Positions 37,639 to 47,978 are shown, numbered from the stretch's first letter. The stretch: 64,000 nucleotides of DNA from an uncultured Verrucomicrobiae bacterium (GCA_963772365.1 CAVYXA010000003.1:672001-736000); one strand, 5' to 3'. Numbers and translations are program-made. Notes: a model not told the origin generated them from the sequence alone.

Positions 37639-37950
37639 ATGCCAAAATACCTGATCGAACGCGAGATTCCCGAGGCCGGCAAACTCTCGCCGGAGCAACT
37701 TCAATCGATTTCACAGAAATCGTGTTCTGTGTTACGTGATCTCGGGCCGCAGATTCAGTGGGTCGAAAGTTATGTGACTGACGACAAGATCTATTGCGTG
37801 TACGTTGCTCCGGACAAAGAAATGATTCTCAAACACGCCGAGCAAGGCGGGTTCCCAGCCAACCGAATATCCGAGATCCGGGCAATGATTGATCCAACGA
37901 CCGCCGAAAGCCGGGACGTTAGGCAATTTTTGAATTTGCGCCGCTCGTAG
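37639..37950 (+). CDS. DUF4242 domain protein
   Basis: MPKYLIERE, IQWVESYVT.DKIYCVY.AP...HA..GGFPANRI; RBS aaggag. Confidence 0.88.
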   Translation: MPKYLIEREIPEAGKLSPEQLQSISQKSCSVLRDLGPQIQWVESYVTDDKIYCVYVAPDKEMILKHAEQGGFPANRISEIRAMIDPTTAESRDVRQFLNLRRS

Positions 37951-37956
37951 AAATCT

Positions 37957-38568
37957 TCAACGCCACTTCGGTAGATATTTCCAATTGTGTGGTTTGCCCT
38001 GCGAAAGGCACAGGATCGATTTCTCCAGACGTTGCTTTCGCGTTTCCTCGCGCTTCGCCTCAGTTAGCCATTCTACGTACTCCCCCTGCTGACCGGGCGC
38101 GAGACTTTCGAATGTCTTCCTGGCTTTCGCATTTTTGCCCAGAGCCGCTCGGAAGTAAGCGGGAATTTTCGGCTTGGCTTTCCTGCGCGGTTTCGAGCGC
38201 GTCAGCGTTTTTAGTCCGGCTTCGTTTAGCTCTGCCGCCTTACGCACATAGGCGATCAGAGTGTGGTCGCCGGGCAAATCATCGAGCGATGTGATTCGTC
38301 CGAAATGCCCCATTGCTGTTCGATCGGAAAGCTTGTTTCCGTCGAAGATCAGTTCCGCTTTCCAGAATCCAAACGCGCAATGGTGTTTGAAAGCGGCCAT
38401 TCCGCACAAGATCCCACGGTGCTCAAAATGAGGGAAGTTCCACTTGATTGTTTCTTCCACATTTGGACAGGCCGAGTGGACGATCCTGCGCAAACGTCTG
38501 AGAACCGGCCGCGCGAATGACGAGGCTTGATCGATGTATTCATCCACGCGTGGATTCCTGCGCGCCAC
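37957..38568 (-). CDS. DUF1801 plus YdeI/OmpD-associated protein
   Basis: EETIKW..P, AAFK.HC.FGFWK, EYVEW.TEAKREETR..R. Confidence 0.88.
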   Translation of the reverse strand: MARRNPRVDEYIDQASSFARPVLRRLRRIVHSACPNVEETIKWNFPHFEHRGILCGMAAFKHHCAFGFWKAELIFDGNKLSDRTAMGHFGRITSLDDLPGDHTLIAYVRKAAELNEAGLKTLTRSKPRRKAKPKIPAYFRAALGKNAKARKTFESLAPGQQGEYVEWLTEAKREETRKQRLEKSILCLSQGKPHNWKYLPKWR

Positions 38569-38660
38569 ATCCTAAGTTTTTAGCGAATCGAAGATTATTT
38601 AGAAAACCTTTTTTGAGCCGGCACTTTATGCGTGCAAAAGAGGCGCGCCTGATTCAGAAC

Positions 38661-38813
38661 ATGGCTATGAACATCACAAAGAACCTCGGAATGCTTCTGC
38701 TGGCGATCTGGCTCATTCTTACCGGAATCATCGGAGTCTCCGGCCTCACCCTTGGCATAGTCATGCCGATTCTGGCCATCGTGGCCGGAATTTTGATTCT
38801 GATCGGCAAGTAG
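38661..38813 (+). CDS. Small two-TM membrane protein
   Basis: KNLGMLLLAIWLILTG...LAIVAGILILIGK. Confidence 0.65.
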   Translation: MAMNITKNLGMLLLAIWLILTGIIGVSGLTLGIVMPILAIVAGILILIGK

Positions 38814-38831
38814 CTTCGGTGGTGGGGATTC

Positions 38832-39491
38832 TTACAAGACGCCGACTGCCCGGGAGATCAGCAGCACCACAATACTGAGCGAAATAAAAACCTGCATCAT
38901 CGCCAGTACCTTGGCCCAGCGAGCCAAAACGGGCGCGTCGGTCGGGCCGAAGGTCGAGCTATGCGTGAAAGCGACAAAAAGATAATCGATAAACCGCGGT
39001 CGCCATCGCGCGCAGGCAAACTGTGAGCGCTCATCGTGGGGGATTTGCATCTGGGGAAAAAGAAAGCTCGTACTGCCGAATTTCTTTTGTTCATGACGAC
39101 GAGTCGGACCGCCGCCGTCGAGTCGCCAGTACCAAAGCGCGAAAACGATGATGTTGGTCAGCCAGAGCAACCCGCCAGACCTCAGCAGTTGGAGCCCTGC
39201 TTCGCGATGTGAAGGAAGTGCTTTCACCAGCAAGCCTACTGAGCCGATCAATGCGACAGTAATAATCCCGCTAATAATGAAACCGAGCCAGCGGTTAAAT
39301 GAGTGACGACCAGTGCGATGACTCACGACTGTAGGAGCGAGCATGACGACAATCAGCGTCGGCAACAACCAAGTGGGTCCTACGATAAGATTACTCGGCA
39401 ACGCCAGGTAAATCGCGCCCACTGCGAGAAGTGCGAGCAGCGCCTGCCAGCGCGGTTCCGGTTTGTCGATGTGATTCTGTTCGCGCGCCAC
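38832..39491 (-). CDS. DUF1345-like membrane protein
   Basis: WYWRLDGGGP, FLFPQM, W.P.FIDYL...FT.S..F.PTD. Confidence 0.75.
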   Translation of the reverse strand: MAREQNHIDKPEPRWQALLALLAVGAIYLALPSNLIVGPTWLLPTLIVVMLAPTVVSHRTGRHSFNRWLGFIISGIITVALIGSVGLLVKALPSHREAGLQLLRSGGLLWLTNIIVFALWYWRLDGGGPTRRHEQKKFGSTSFLFPQMQIPHDERSQFACARWRPRFIDYLFVAFTHSSTFGPTDAPVLARWAKVLAMMQVFISLSIVVLLISRAVGVL

Positions 39492-39627
39492 TGGGACCGT
39501 TTATAGCAGGGAACGCGCGCATTGGGAATCAGCATACGCAACGGCTTCGATAACTCGGTCCCGACTTCGCATTTGACCGCTTGTCGCAATATGCCTGTGC
39601 CCATTATCCTAAACGGAACGGCGGGCG

Positions 39628-40263
39628 GTGCCGCGGCTACACATGCGCAAAGTTTTCATTCCGGTAACCATCTTCATTGTTCTGGGTGGTGGACTGTCGA
39701 TCTTATGGCTTTGCAGTGGTCGGCAGTTGTCGATGTTCGTCGATCGATTCCGGACGATTCAAACGGACTCAACTCCGATTCGAGAGCTTCGTTATGAAGG
39801 CTCGGGCAGTGGAGGCGTTTTCATTGTGAACGATCTTTCTTTGAATTTAACGCCTGCCACCAACGAAACGCCGAAGCCGGATATTGGGACAACCAAGAAT
39901 GATCAGCTCGCTCTATCGTTCAGTGGAAAGGTTTTTTCCTTTGGTCCGGTGCACACCGTTTCCGGTGAAATTCTTGCCAGCGCGCCTCCGTCCAGCGACG
40001 AAGCGCGGCTGGTTGTTCGGCACAGCATATTGAGATGGATTGAGCCATTCCACTTCAATTTCATGACCGGTAATTCACCCACATGGCGACGCCATTCTTT
40101 TTATCAGATCACCTGGAAGAAAGCATCTGGAGCGAAACTGGAAATGCTCTGGCGTTACGAGCAAAATTTTTACCAAGGCAGCGGTTGGAGCAGCGCTTCC
40201 CTCACTCGGGAGAATTCCAGCGGTCTGATTCGGATCGACCTGCAACTTTCGGCGAAGGACTAA
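39628..40263 (+). CDS. Hypothetical membrane-anchored protein
   Basis: 211-aa ORF with an N-terminal TM segment. Confidence 0.6.
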   Translation: MPRLHMRKVFIPVTIFIVLGGGLSILWLCSGRQLSMFVDRFRTIQTDSTPIRELRYEGSGSGGVFIVNDLSLNLTPATNETPKPDIGTTKNDQLALSFSGKVFSFGPVHTVSGEILASAPPSSDEARLVVRHSILRWIEPFHFNFMTGNSPTWRRHSFYQITWKKASGAKLEMLWRYEQNFYQGSGWSSASLTRENSSGLIRIDLQLSAKD

Positions 40264-40337
40264 ATCGCCATTCTGACGGTTTGTTTGGCAGAAACGGAGG
40301 TTGCGCCTGGCTGATTCTGCGGCCAGAAGAATTATTC

Positions 40338-41786
40338 ATGGCGACCGGGGAGATAATTGAATCGCAAGTTCCGGCACGTCTGGATCGGCTGCCGTGGGGC
40401 CGCTGGCATTGGCTCGTTGTCCTGGCGCTTGGGGCCACCTGGATTCTTGACGGCTTGGAAGTCACGCTCGCCGGTTCGCTCGGCGGGATTTTAACCCATC
40501 GCGAAACTCTCGGATTAAGCGATACCGAGGTAGGCGCAAGCGCGACTTGTTATCTGGCGGGAGCCGTTATCGGTGCGCTGCTCTTCGGGTATGCCACAGA
40601 TCGACTGGGACGTAAAAAATTCTTCTTTATCACCGTCGCAGTTTATCTGATCGCAACGGCTTTAAGCGCGTTTTCCTGGAACTTCACCAGCTATGCGATT
40701 TTTCGTGCAGTGACGGGCGCAGGCATCGGCGGCGAATACGCAGCGATTAATTCGGCAATTGATGAGCTCATTCCCGCGCGTGTGCGCGGTCGGGTAGATT
40801 TGATGATCAATGGGTCGTACTGGATCGGCGCGGCGTTTGGTTCGGCTGCGACACTGGTTCTGCTTGATCCACGAGTGCTCCCGATCTGGTTAGGCTGGCG
40901 TTTTGCATTTGGAATCGGCGCCACGCTCGGGCTCATCATCATTTTCTTTCGCCGCTGGATCCCGGAAAGCCCGCGCTGGCTAATGATTCACGGGCGCAAT
41001 TACGAGGCGGAACAGATTGTGATGGAAGTAGAACAAAGAATCGGTAAACAAGGGAGTGATGAGGCAGGGGGCCATTGGAATGCGCCGCTTGTCTCCACAC
41101 GTATCCGCACTCGAACGCATACGCCGTGGCACGAAATTTGGGACGCCGTCATTCACGAACATCGACGTCGCTCATTGCTCGGCTTTCTGCTGATGCTCAC
41201 GCAGGCGTTTTTCTATAACGCGATTTTCTTCACCTACGCTTTGGTCCTGATGCGGTTTTATTCTGTGCCGGAGAAAAATGTGGGTTTGTATCTCCTGCCA
41301 TTTGCTCTCGGCAACGTGCTTGGGCCGCTAATGCTTGGGCATCTATTTGACACAATCGGGCGCCGGCAGATGATCGCACTCACCTATGGGCTTGCTGGAA
41401 TTCTATTAGCTATCACCGGCTGGCTTTTTCATGCCGGGTTGTTAACTGCCCAAACGCAAACCATCGCCTGGACAATTATCTTTTTTATCGCATCAGCGGC
41501 TGCCAGCTCGGCCTATTTGACAGTGAGCGAAATTTTTCCGCTGGAGATTCGAGCGTTTGCCATCGCGATCTTTTACGCAATCGGGACTCTCGCCGGCGGC
41601 GTTGGCGCTCCGATTTTGTTTGGCTGGATGATCGGGACCGGCTCGAGCACCGCCTTATTCGCCGGGTATCTGGTGGCCGCTGCTCTGATGATTCTGGGGG
41701 CAATAACGGAGATATGGATCGGCGTCCCGGCGGAACGACGTTCTCTGGAGCATGTGGCCGCGCCACTCTCCAGCCGCGGATTGTAG
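40338..41786 (+). CDS. MFS transporter
   Basis: RLDRLPW, G...DRLGRK, GIGGEY, SEIFP.E.R. Confidence 0.92.
   Translation: MATGEIIESQVPARLDRLPWGRWHWLVVLALGATWILDGLEVTLAGSLGGILTHRETLGLSDTEVGASATCYLAGAVIGALLFGYATDRLGRKKFFFITVAVYLIATALSAFSWNFTSYAIFRAVTGAGIGGEYAAINSAIDELIPARVRGRVDLMINGSYWIGAAFGSAATLVLLDPRVLPIWLGWRFAFGIGATLGLIIIFFRRWIPESPRWLMIHGRNYEAEQIVMEVEQRIGKQGSDEAGGHWNAPLVSTRIRTRTHTPWHEIWDAVIHEHRRRSLLGFLLMLTQAFFYNAIFFTYALVLMRFYSVPEKNVGLYLLPFALGNVLGPLMLGHLFDTIGRRQMIALTYGLAGILLAITGWLFHAGLLTAQTQTIAWTIIFFIASAAASSAYLTVSEIFPLEIRAFAIAIFYAIGTLAGGVGAPILFGWMIGTGSSTALFAGYLVAAALMILGAITEIWIGVPAERRSLEHVAAPLSSRGL
41685..41786 (+). repeat. Left copy of a 102-bp direct repeat (MFS 3' end)
   Basis: 88/102 identical to 43560-43661 by manual count. 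Confidence 0.9.
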
Positions 41787-41802
41787 ATGATCCCGGCTGT
41801 AT

Positions 41803-42223
41803 TCACGCTTGATATCTCTCCATGCCTTTCCAAGCTGTTTTCATTGCCGAGCGGGTCGCCCGTTCTCTCAAGTGAGCATTGCTTTTCAGGCTCAGCTTCT
41901 TCTTTATTCGCTCCTGAAACGTCTCAATTGTTCTCGGGCTAATAGCCATCTCCGTGGCAATTTCCGAAATGCCGGCGCCTTTTCCAAGGAAAGCGTAAAC
42001 CTCCCGTTCACGATTTGTTAAATTGTCGATTTTGGACCTGGTTTTTGCCCCCACCGCCAGCGAAGTTCACCAGGATCAGGTCACGAAGACCTTCACTAAC
42101 GTTGGGTTTGCCTGCGCAGATTTTCTGTAATGCGGCAATCAGTTCCGAACGCCGCCCATCGAAGATTCGTAAATAACCGAGCACCGCCGCGCTAACAACA
42201 TCGGGGCCGAAGTCCCGCTCCAA
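41803..42223 (-). pseudogene. Degraded NarL/LuxR-family response regulator
   Basis: LTNREREVY.FLGKG....EIA..M.IS.RTIETF.ERIKKKL HTH; decayed receiver C-terminal part in another frame. Confidence 0.7.
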
Positions 42224-42326
42224 AATTTCTGGTGCACTCCCTCCTTTGGCCTAACGAGTCCAGCCGCCAGCGCTAATTGGGATGTCTCCCTTCTTTGCGT
42301 GCAGTGAGAACGAGAAATTGCTTTTC

Positions 42327-42460
42327 GTCGGAAGTCTTTACAGTTTTCACTAACTGGCATCCGAGCCGTCAATGAGCATATTTCAAGCGTAACATACTCT
42401 CTTATAGCAACTAACGTCCTGGATTGATTCGGTACAGCGCACCGTGGCCTTCTAATTGCT
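42327..42460 (+). promoter_or_regulatory. Enhancer-like box GTCGG-N5-TTTACA plus sigma54 promoter TGGC-N7-TTGC
   Basis: Box 42327-42342; -24/-12 elements at 42445-42459 upstream of the PEP-CTERM gene. Confidence 0.6.
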
Positions 42461-42501
42461 TACGAATTCCATGCACACACTAACACTTAACCAAATACAT
42501 T

Positions 42502-43183
42502 ATGAAAATACCGATGAGTTTGAAAGTAATCGCAGCAGCCGTGGCCTTGGGGTTGGCAACTTTGTCAAATGCGGGGGCCGTGGTTCTCTACAGCCAGGGA
42601 TTTGATGGAACGGGGAACGCCTATTCCAGTCAAAACGACACGGCCGGTTTCGGCAACTTCGCTACCACGTACGACAACTTCACCCTTGGCTTCAACGCTT
42701 CCGTACAAGATGTCCATTGGACCGGTGAATACTTTAATCCGCCAAACCAGGGACTTATTACGGCGTTTACCATTAACTTTTATGCCGATTCCGCCGGCAT
42801 GCCTGGAGGCCTGTTAATGTCCTACAGCATCAGCGGCAATGCGGGCGAGACGTTCCTCGGCAATTTTGCCGGGTTTCCCACTTACACCTATTGGGTCAAT
42901 CTGTCGTCGGCGTTTAATGCGGTAGCCGGCACGACGTACTGGATGTCGATTGTGCCCGATCTGGCTTTCCCGCCGCAATGGGGCTGGTCCGAGGGCATGG
43001 GTGGCGATGGTATCAGTTACCAAGACTTCTTCGGTGCCCGCAGCCCTTTAGCAGCGGATATGGCCTTTGATCTGACCGGGACCCCAGCAACGCCAGAATC
43101 TGGTAGTACCAGTTGGGCTTCTGGGTGTCGCCATGCTCGTTCTCGGCCTGCTACATCGGCGCATAGCAGCGAACAGGGCGTAG
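42502..43183 (+). CDS. PEP-CTERM (VPDSG-like) sorting-domain surface protein, +1 frameshift in the G-run 43115-43117
   Basis: Signal peptide; TPESGSTSW, then LLGVAMLVLGLLHRRIAANRA* in the shifted frame. Confidence 0.8.
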
Positions 43184-43253
43184 AGTCACCGAAGCACCAT
43201 AGGTAAATTTACCAGGGCCGCCGTTCGTTTCCGCGAACTGCGGCCCTTGGTTT

Positions 43254-43556
43254 TTAAACCATTGGGCGAAAACGTCCGACCACTTCCTGTAAACGCCCGG
43301 TAATCTGGCCGAGCGAACAAACTTCGGCAGCGTCGAGCAGTGCGGGGAAACAGTTTTCGCCTCGATCGAGAACCGCAGCGAGTTTGTCCAAAGCCCGTTT
43401 CCGTTTCTCGGCATTTTCCTTTTTGAATTTCGTCAACCGATCGACTTGCAATTGTTGTTTCTTTCGCGGTGTGCGCACCAGTTTCACATCGGGAATGCCG
43501 TCGCGTCCGTTACGATATTCGTTCAACGCAACAATGGGGCGTGTGCCGTCATAGAT
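43254..43556 (-). pseudogene. C-terminal fragment of a methylmalonyl-CoA mutase family (IcmF-like) gene
   Basis: DGTRPIVALNEY...GENCFPALLDAAEVCSLGQIT..L.EV.G.FRP. Confidence 0.75.
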
Positions 43557-43559
43557 TTG

Positions 43560-43661
43560 CTGATGATTGTCGGAGCGATCACGGAGATATGGATCGGCGT
43601 CCCGGCGGAACGATGTTCTCTGGAACAGGTGGCGGCGCCATTGTCGAGCCGCGGACTGTAA
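43560..43661 (+). repeat. Right copy of the direct repeat: orphan MFS 3' end
   Basis: Encodes LMIVGAITEIWIGVPAERCSLEQVAAPLSSRGL*. Confidence 0.9.
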
Positions 43662-43667
43662 AAAGGA

Positions 43668-44231
43668 TCACTGGAGCGACGGAATATCGCGGCTTTTCAC
43701 TGTCATTTCGCAGGTGTGAATAGCGCCGGATGGAGTCAGCTCGCTGGAGTAAAGATGGAATTCGTCGACCTTGAACATTCCCGCAGTGAACTCGGCGTAG
43801 GTCTTGAGAAACTTTCGCAACGTTCCAGCCGGTACGTCGTGGCAACGAGCAAGCGTCACGTGCGGATGCCACGGGCGCAGATCGGCGTCGAGTCCTACTG
43901 CAACGGCCGCATCCTGCACACGTTTGTGCAATTGAAATAGATGCGGGTGACCGCTGCCCACGGCGATCCAAACAATTTTTGGGGGACCATTGGCAGGAAA
44001 TTTGCCAAGCCCCGAAAGAGGCAAAACGAACTGCCGAAACTCGATCCTTCCGAGCTGTGAGCGAAATGCAAGACCGACATCTTCCGGGACGAGTCCAAAA
44101 AAACCAAGGGTCAAATGCATCTGCTCGGCTTCGATCCAGCGAACGCCGCGCATGTGTGGATCAAGATCGACAAGAGTTTGCCTGACGTAGGGCGGCGGGT
44201 TGATCGCGACAAACACCCGCTTCGGTTTCAT
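43668..44231 (-). CDS. thpR: RNA 2',3'-cyclic phosphodiesterase
   Basis: R.FVAI, HLTL.F, PHVTLAR 2H motifs. Confidence 0.9.
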   Translation of the reverse strand: MKPKRVFVAINPPPYVRQTLVDLDPHMRGVRWIEAEQMHLTLGFFGLVPEDVGLAFRSQLGRIEFRQFVLPLSGLGKFPANGPPKIVWIAVGSGHPHLFQLHKRVQDAAVAVGLDADLRPWHPHVTLARCHDVPAGTLRKFLKTYAEFTAGMFKVDEFHLYSSELTPSGAIHTCEMTVKSRDIPSLQ

Positions 44232-45103
44232 TGAATTTCCGCACCGGTTCGGGCTTCGTCGCCGCTGGCCTCTACGGGCCCGGGAAGTTGGTCATTCACG
44301 ATCTTCATCACTCGTGCAGTCATGTTCGGAAAAATTGCATTCGCTGTGATTAAAGCGCGCGCCATCAGGGGCATCACTAAAGCAGGTCGCCCGCGCTCAA
44401 TGGATGCGACAATTTTCCGGGCCGCTCGTTCCGCCGAGATCGAAACCAGCGGTATTCTCGCCGAGCTACTAAAGATCTTAAATTCAGATTTGTGGTCGCC
44501 TTTGAATTTGGCATGGACTTCCGAGCCAGTGCGCATTAAGCCCGGAGTGACCGTTGTCACGAAAATATTGTTGCGAGCCAACTCCGCTCGCAGCGCATCG
44601 GACAAGCCGACAAGCGCAAATTTGCTAGCAGTGTAGGGAGCCATGTGCGGGACGGCTACTTTGCCGCCGATCGACGCGATATTTGCTATCCGTCCGCCGC
44701 CTTGCCGGCGCATTAGCGGTATGACTTGCATCATCAATTCGAAAGGCGCCCAAAAATGCACGCCCATGCTGCGTTCGAAGTCCTCCCGTTTCATGTGTTC
44801 GAATGGGCCGACTTCAATGACGCCGGCATTGTTGATCAGAACATCGATCCTGCCGAAATGTTCCGCAGTCTGTCGGACGGCGGATTCAATTTGAGAACGG
44901 TCAAGCAGATCGCATTGAATCGTCAGAACACGCCTGCCGTGCTTCTCCAGCCTGCCTTTGGCGTGAGCCAGTTCGTCGAGATCACGGGCAATAATGCTGA
45001 CATTTCCGCCGCGCCGGCAAATTTCTTCCCCGATCAGCAAACCGAGGCCACGCGAACCGCCGCTGATCAGGGCGACTTTTTCTCGCATGGAAAGGGATGG
45101 CAT
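44228..45103 (-). CDS. SDR family oxidoreductase
   Basis: SGGSRGLG, NNAG, YTASK. Confidence 0.92.
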   Translation of the reverse strand: MPSLSMREKVALISGGSRGLGLLIGEEICRRGGNVSIIARDLDELAHAKGRLEKHGRRVLTIQCDLLDRSQIESAVRQTAEHFGRIDVLINNAGVIEVGPFEHMKREDFERSMGVHFWAPFELMMQVIPLMRRQGGGRIANIASIGGKVAVPHMAPYTASKFALVGLSDALRAELARNNIFVTTVTPGLMRTGSEVHAKFKGDHKSEFKIFSSSARIPLVSISAERAARKIVASIERGRPALVMPLMARALITANAIFPNMTARVMKIVNDQLPGPVEASGDEARTGAEIQ

Positions 45104-45115
45104 CAGAACCTCGAT

Positions 45116-45577
45116 CTACCCATGCCTGCGATTGAATCGGGCGACTTCCCGGGCGGTTTCGCGATCGACGGCGCGTTTCTTCAAATCCGCGCGCTTATCA
45201 CGCGCAACTTTCCCCTGGGCCACTCCAAGCTCGGCCTTTAGTTTTCCATTTTTCCAGTAGAGCTTAAGAACAACGAGCGCGCGCCCTGCGACCTGTGTTT
45301 CGCCATACAACTTGTCGATCTCCTGTCGATGTAACAATAATTTGCGGACACGTTTGGCAGGGGGAATTTCATGACTCGCCTGTGGGTAGGGCTGGATGTC
45401 GGCATTATAGAGAAACGCTTCACCCTGCTCGATTCGGGCAAAGGCGTCACTGATGTTTGCCTTGCCTGCCCGAACAGACTTTACCTCGCTTCCTTTGAGC
45501 TCGATTCCGGCCTCATAGCGCTCGAGTATGTGATAATCGCGCAGCGCTTTGCGATTGAGAATCGACTCGGCAGCCAT
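45116..45577 (-). CDS. smpB: SsrA-binding protein
   Basis: NRKA..DY.I...YEAGI.L.G.EVKS.R.G, RKLLLH..EI. Confidence 0.95.
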   Translation of the reverse strand: MAAESILNRKALRDYHILERYEAGIELKGSEVKSVRAGKANISDAFARIEQGEAFLYNADIQPYPQASHEIPPAKRVRKLLLHRQEIDKLYGETQVAGRALVVLKLYWKNGKLKAELGVAQGKVARDKRADLKKRAVDRETAREVARFNRRHG

Positions 45578-45642
45578 TCGGTAATTTTAGGCCGTCTATG
45601 CCAGACGCCAAGAGAGCCGCCCAAATTAGATCATCCGCCGGT

Positions 45643-45858
45643 TCAGTCGTTATCAGCTGATCCACCGAGAGATTCGTAGGCGAGCTTCCCGGCGATGATT
45701 TCCTTGAGGGCGATATCGGTGAGCGACATTCGGGGAGTCGTCTCGACCATCGGGCGATGTCCCAAGCCGAGCTGACGCACGCGCTTGGAGACAACGTTGA
45801 TCAGGAGTTGCTGGTTGGGGATCACTTGAGCGGCTTCCTGAAGGAGTTGAGTCGTCAT
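45643..45858 (-). CDS. rpoZ: RNA polymerase omega subunit-like
   Basis: LINVVSKRVRQL...IALKEI..GKL. Confidence 0.8.
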   Translation of the reverse strand: MTTQLLQEAAQVIPNQQLLINVVSKRVRQLGLGHRPMVETTPRMSLTDIALKEIIAGKLAYESLGGSADND

Positions 45859-46092
45859 ATGGCGCAAGGAAACGACGGCGCGGAGCGCGTTCGTCGGGAA
45901 TTGAAGAATAGTCGCCACGCCGTCGAGAGTAGGGGGAGCAATTTGCGGGGAAAGCATGGCGAAAAATGAGTGTTGACTCTGCGAGCGGGCAGACCCCTTG
46001 TCAACCCATTTGTTAATTGTTTGCGATCACCCTTATCGCGGCAATTGCCTGATCCGCTTTATGGACGAATGAGCAAAAAGTGGGGTTGAAAA

Positions 46093-46166
46093 TCGGGCTG
46101 GTGGGATTTGAACCCACGGCCTCCTGGTCCCGAACCAGGCGCTCTACCAAGCTGAGCCACAGCCCG
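46093..46166 (-). tRNA. tRNA-Pro(CGG)
   Basis: CGGGCTGTGGCTCAGCTTGGTAGAGCGCCTGGTTCGGGACCAGG...GGTTCAAATCCCACCAGCCCGA. Confidence 0.96.
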
Positions 46167-46328
46167 CTAAAGATTATTTTCGATCTCCTCAGCTGTTCCC
46201 GGCAGAGTATCTCGCGCATTCGCGGGTTAATGGCAAGCTCTCTTCCTGAAGTGCCTTAACCAGGCGGACGGTGCGGATAAACAGAATTGAAGTGCTCCTT
46301 CTGCCGAGCGTCTATTAGGATTCAAAAG

Positions 46329-47060
46329 ATGAGCAGCAACACCATTGATCAAGCCGTTCTTACCACAATCGCGATTACTGGTTTTGGCGTGGCATTCTTT
46401 CATGCGGCGATTCCAACTCATTGGTTGCCCTTCGTTCTTACAGCGCGAGCCCAACGATGGAGCCATGCTAGGGCATTGGTTATAACCGCTCTTGCTGGAA
46501 GTAGCCACGTCTTGTTCACGGCGGTTTTGGGGTTTGTTCTCACTCTCATTGGCTTTGCTGTGCACGAAAAATTCGGCGACTGGTTTCCGCGGATTGCGGG
46601 CGGGGCATTGCTGTTCTTTGGATTAATCTATCTTTACCGGCAGATCATCGGCAACGTGCACGGTCATACTCGAGTGCCTGGCGAAGATCCTCAGGTTCAT
46701 GCCGCCCATCATGTTGATGAACGTGCCCTGAAAAATCCGAAGTCATTGTCGATCCAAACCATGCCCCCGCCAGTTTCCGACCGAGTCGCGATTACAAGCC
46801 TAATCGCGCTCCTCACGTTTTCGCCCTGCGAGAGCTTCGTTCCCTTTTATGTTTATGGCATCCGCTATGGTTGGTTTGGTTTCGTTCTGTTGACCCTTAT
46901 TCTCTCTGTCGCAACTGTGGCCGGGATGATTCTGTTCACCTGGCTCACCCTCGCCGGGCTCCGCCGAATTAACCTTGGCTTGCTGGAGAAATACGAACTT
47001 GGATTGATGGGACTGTTGCTCTCCATGGTCGGTGTGCTGATCGTGTTATTTGAGAAGTAA
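46329..47060 (+). CDS. Putative metal transporter-like membrane protein (His motifs)
   Basis: FFHAAIPTHWLPF, His-rich loop, SPCE; co-oriented with the CDF gene. Confidence 0.6.
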   Translation: MSSNTIDQAVLTTIAITGFGVAFFHAAIPTHWLPFVLTARAQRWSHARALVITALAGSSHVLFTAVLGFVLTLIGFAVHEKFGDWFPRIAGGALLFFGLIYLYRQIIGNVHGHTRVPGEDPQVHAAHHVDERALKNPKSLSIQTMPPPVSDRVAITSLIALLTFSPCESFVPFYVYGIRYGWFGFVLLTLILSVATVAGMILFTWLTLAGLRRINLGLLEKYELGLMGLLLSMVGVLIVLFEK

Positions 47061-47084
47061 CTTTGCAAGACGGCCAATCATCGG

Positions 47085-47978
47085 ATGAATCATGAACAAC
47101 ATGCGCGGGTAGATTTTGGCACCGCCTTTGCGATTGGCGTGGGATTGAATCTGCTGTTTGTCATCCTGCAGGTTATATTCGGTCTGTTTGCTCATTCCCT
47201 GGCGCTGATTGCGGACGCCGGTCACAATCTTGGTGACGTTCTCGGTTTGGTACTGGCGTGGATGGCAAGTGCGCTGTCACGCAGGGCGCCAACTGAACGA
47301 CACACCTACGGGCTGCGCAGTTCGTCGATTCTGGCGGCGTTGTTGAATGCAATCATGCTTCTCGTCGCCGTGGGTGCGATCGGCTGGGAAGCGATCCGCC
47401 GACTTGGAACCCAGGTATCTGTCGCCGCCACGACTGTAATATGGGTTGCCGCAGTTGGCGTGGTCGTTAATGCCGTTACGGCATTCATGTTTATGCCCGG
47501 ACGCAAACGCGATCTGAACATTCGGGCAGCGTTCATGCACATGGCGGCAGACGCTGGGATTTCGCTTGGAATTGTCGTGGCAGGCCTGGTGATATTGGTC
47601 ACTGGGCGACAATGGATAGATCCAGTAATCAGTCTGTTAATTGCAGCGGCGATCGTCTGGGGCACGTGGGGACTGCTCCGCGACTCGATGAACCTGGCAT
47701 TGCAGGCTGTTCCTCGCGGGATCGACGTTGGCGCGGTGAGAAATTATCTGGCCGCTCTTCCCCACGTGACGACCATCCACGATCTTCATATCTGGCCATT
47801 GAGCACTACCGAGACTGCCCTGACTGCGCATTTGGTGCGGGATGTCAACGACTGTGATTGTTCCCTCCTGCTGCTAGCTTCCAAAGAGCTTCATGAGAAA
47901 TTCGAAATTCATCACACCACGCTCCAATTCGAAACGCTCGACCATGAATGCAGCCTTGCTCCGGAGGAAACAGTTTGA
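47085..47978 (+). CDS. Cation diffusion facilitator (CzcD/ZitB-like)
   Basis: SLALIADAGHNLGD, DLNIRAAFMHMAAD, HDLHIW. Confidence 0.92.
   Translation: MNHEQHARVDFGTAFAIGVGLNLLFVILQVIFGLFAHSLALIADAGHNLGDVLGLVLAWMASALSRRAPTERHTYGLRSSSILAALLNAIMLLVAVGAIGWEAIRRLGTQVSVAATTVIWVAAVGVVVNAVTAFMFMPGRKRDLNIRAAFMHMAADAGISLGIVVAGLVILVTGRQWIDPVISLLIAAAIVWGTWGLLRDSMNLALQAVPRGIDVGAVRNYLAALPHVTTIHDLHIWPLSTTETALTAHLVRDVNDCDCSLLLLASKELHEKFEIHHTTLQFETLDHECSLAPEETV

Noticed and set aside
45116..46166. tmRNA near smpB, or an integrative element at tRNA-Pro or tRNA-Tyr
   Set aside because: No tmRNA-like sequence, integrase or duplicated tRNA 3' end seen.
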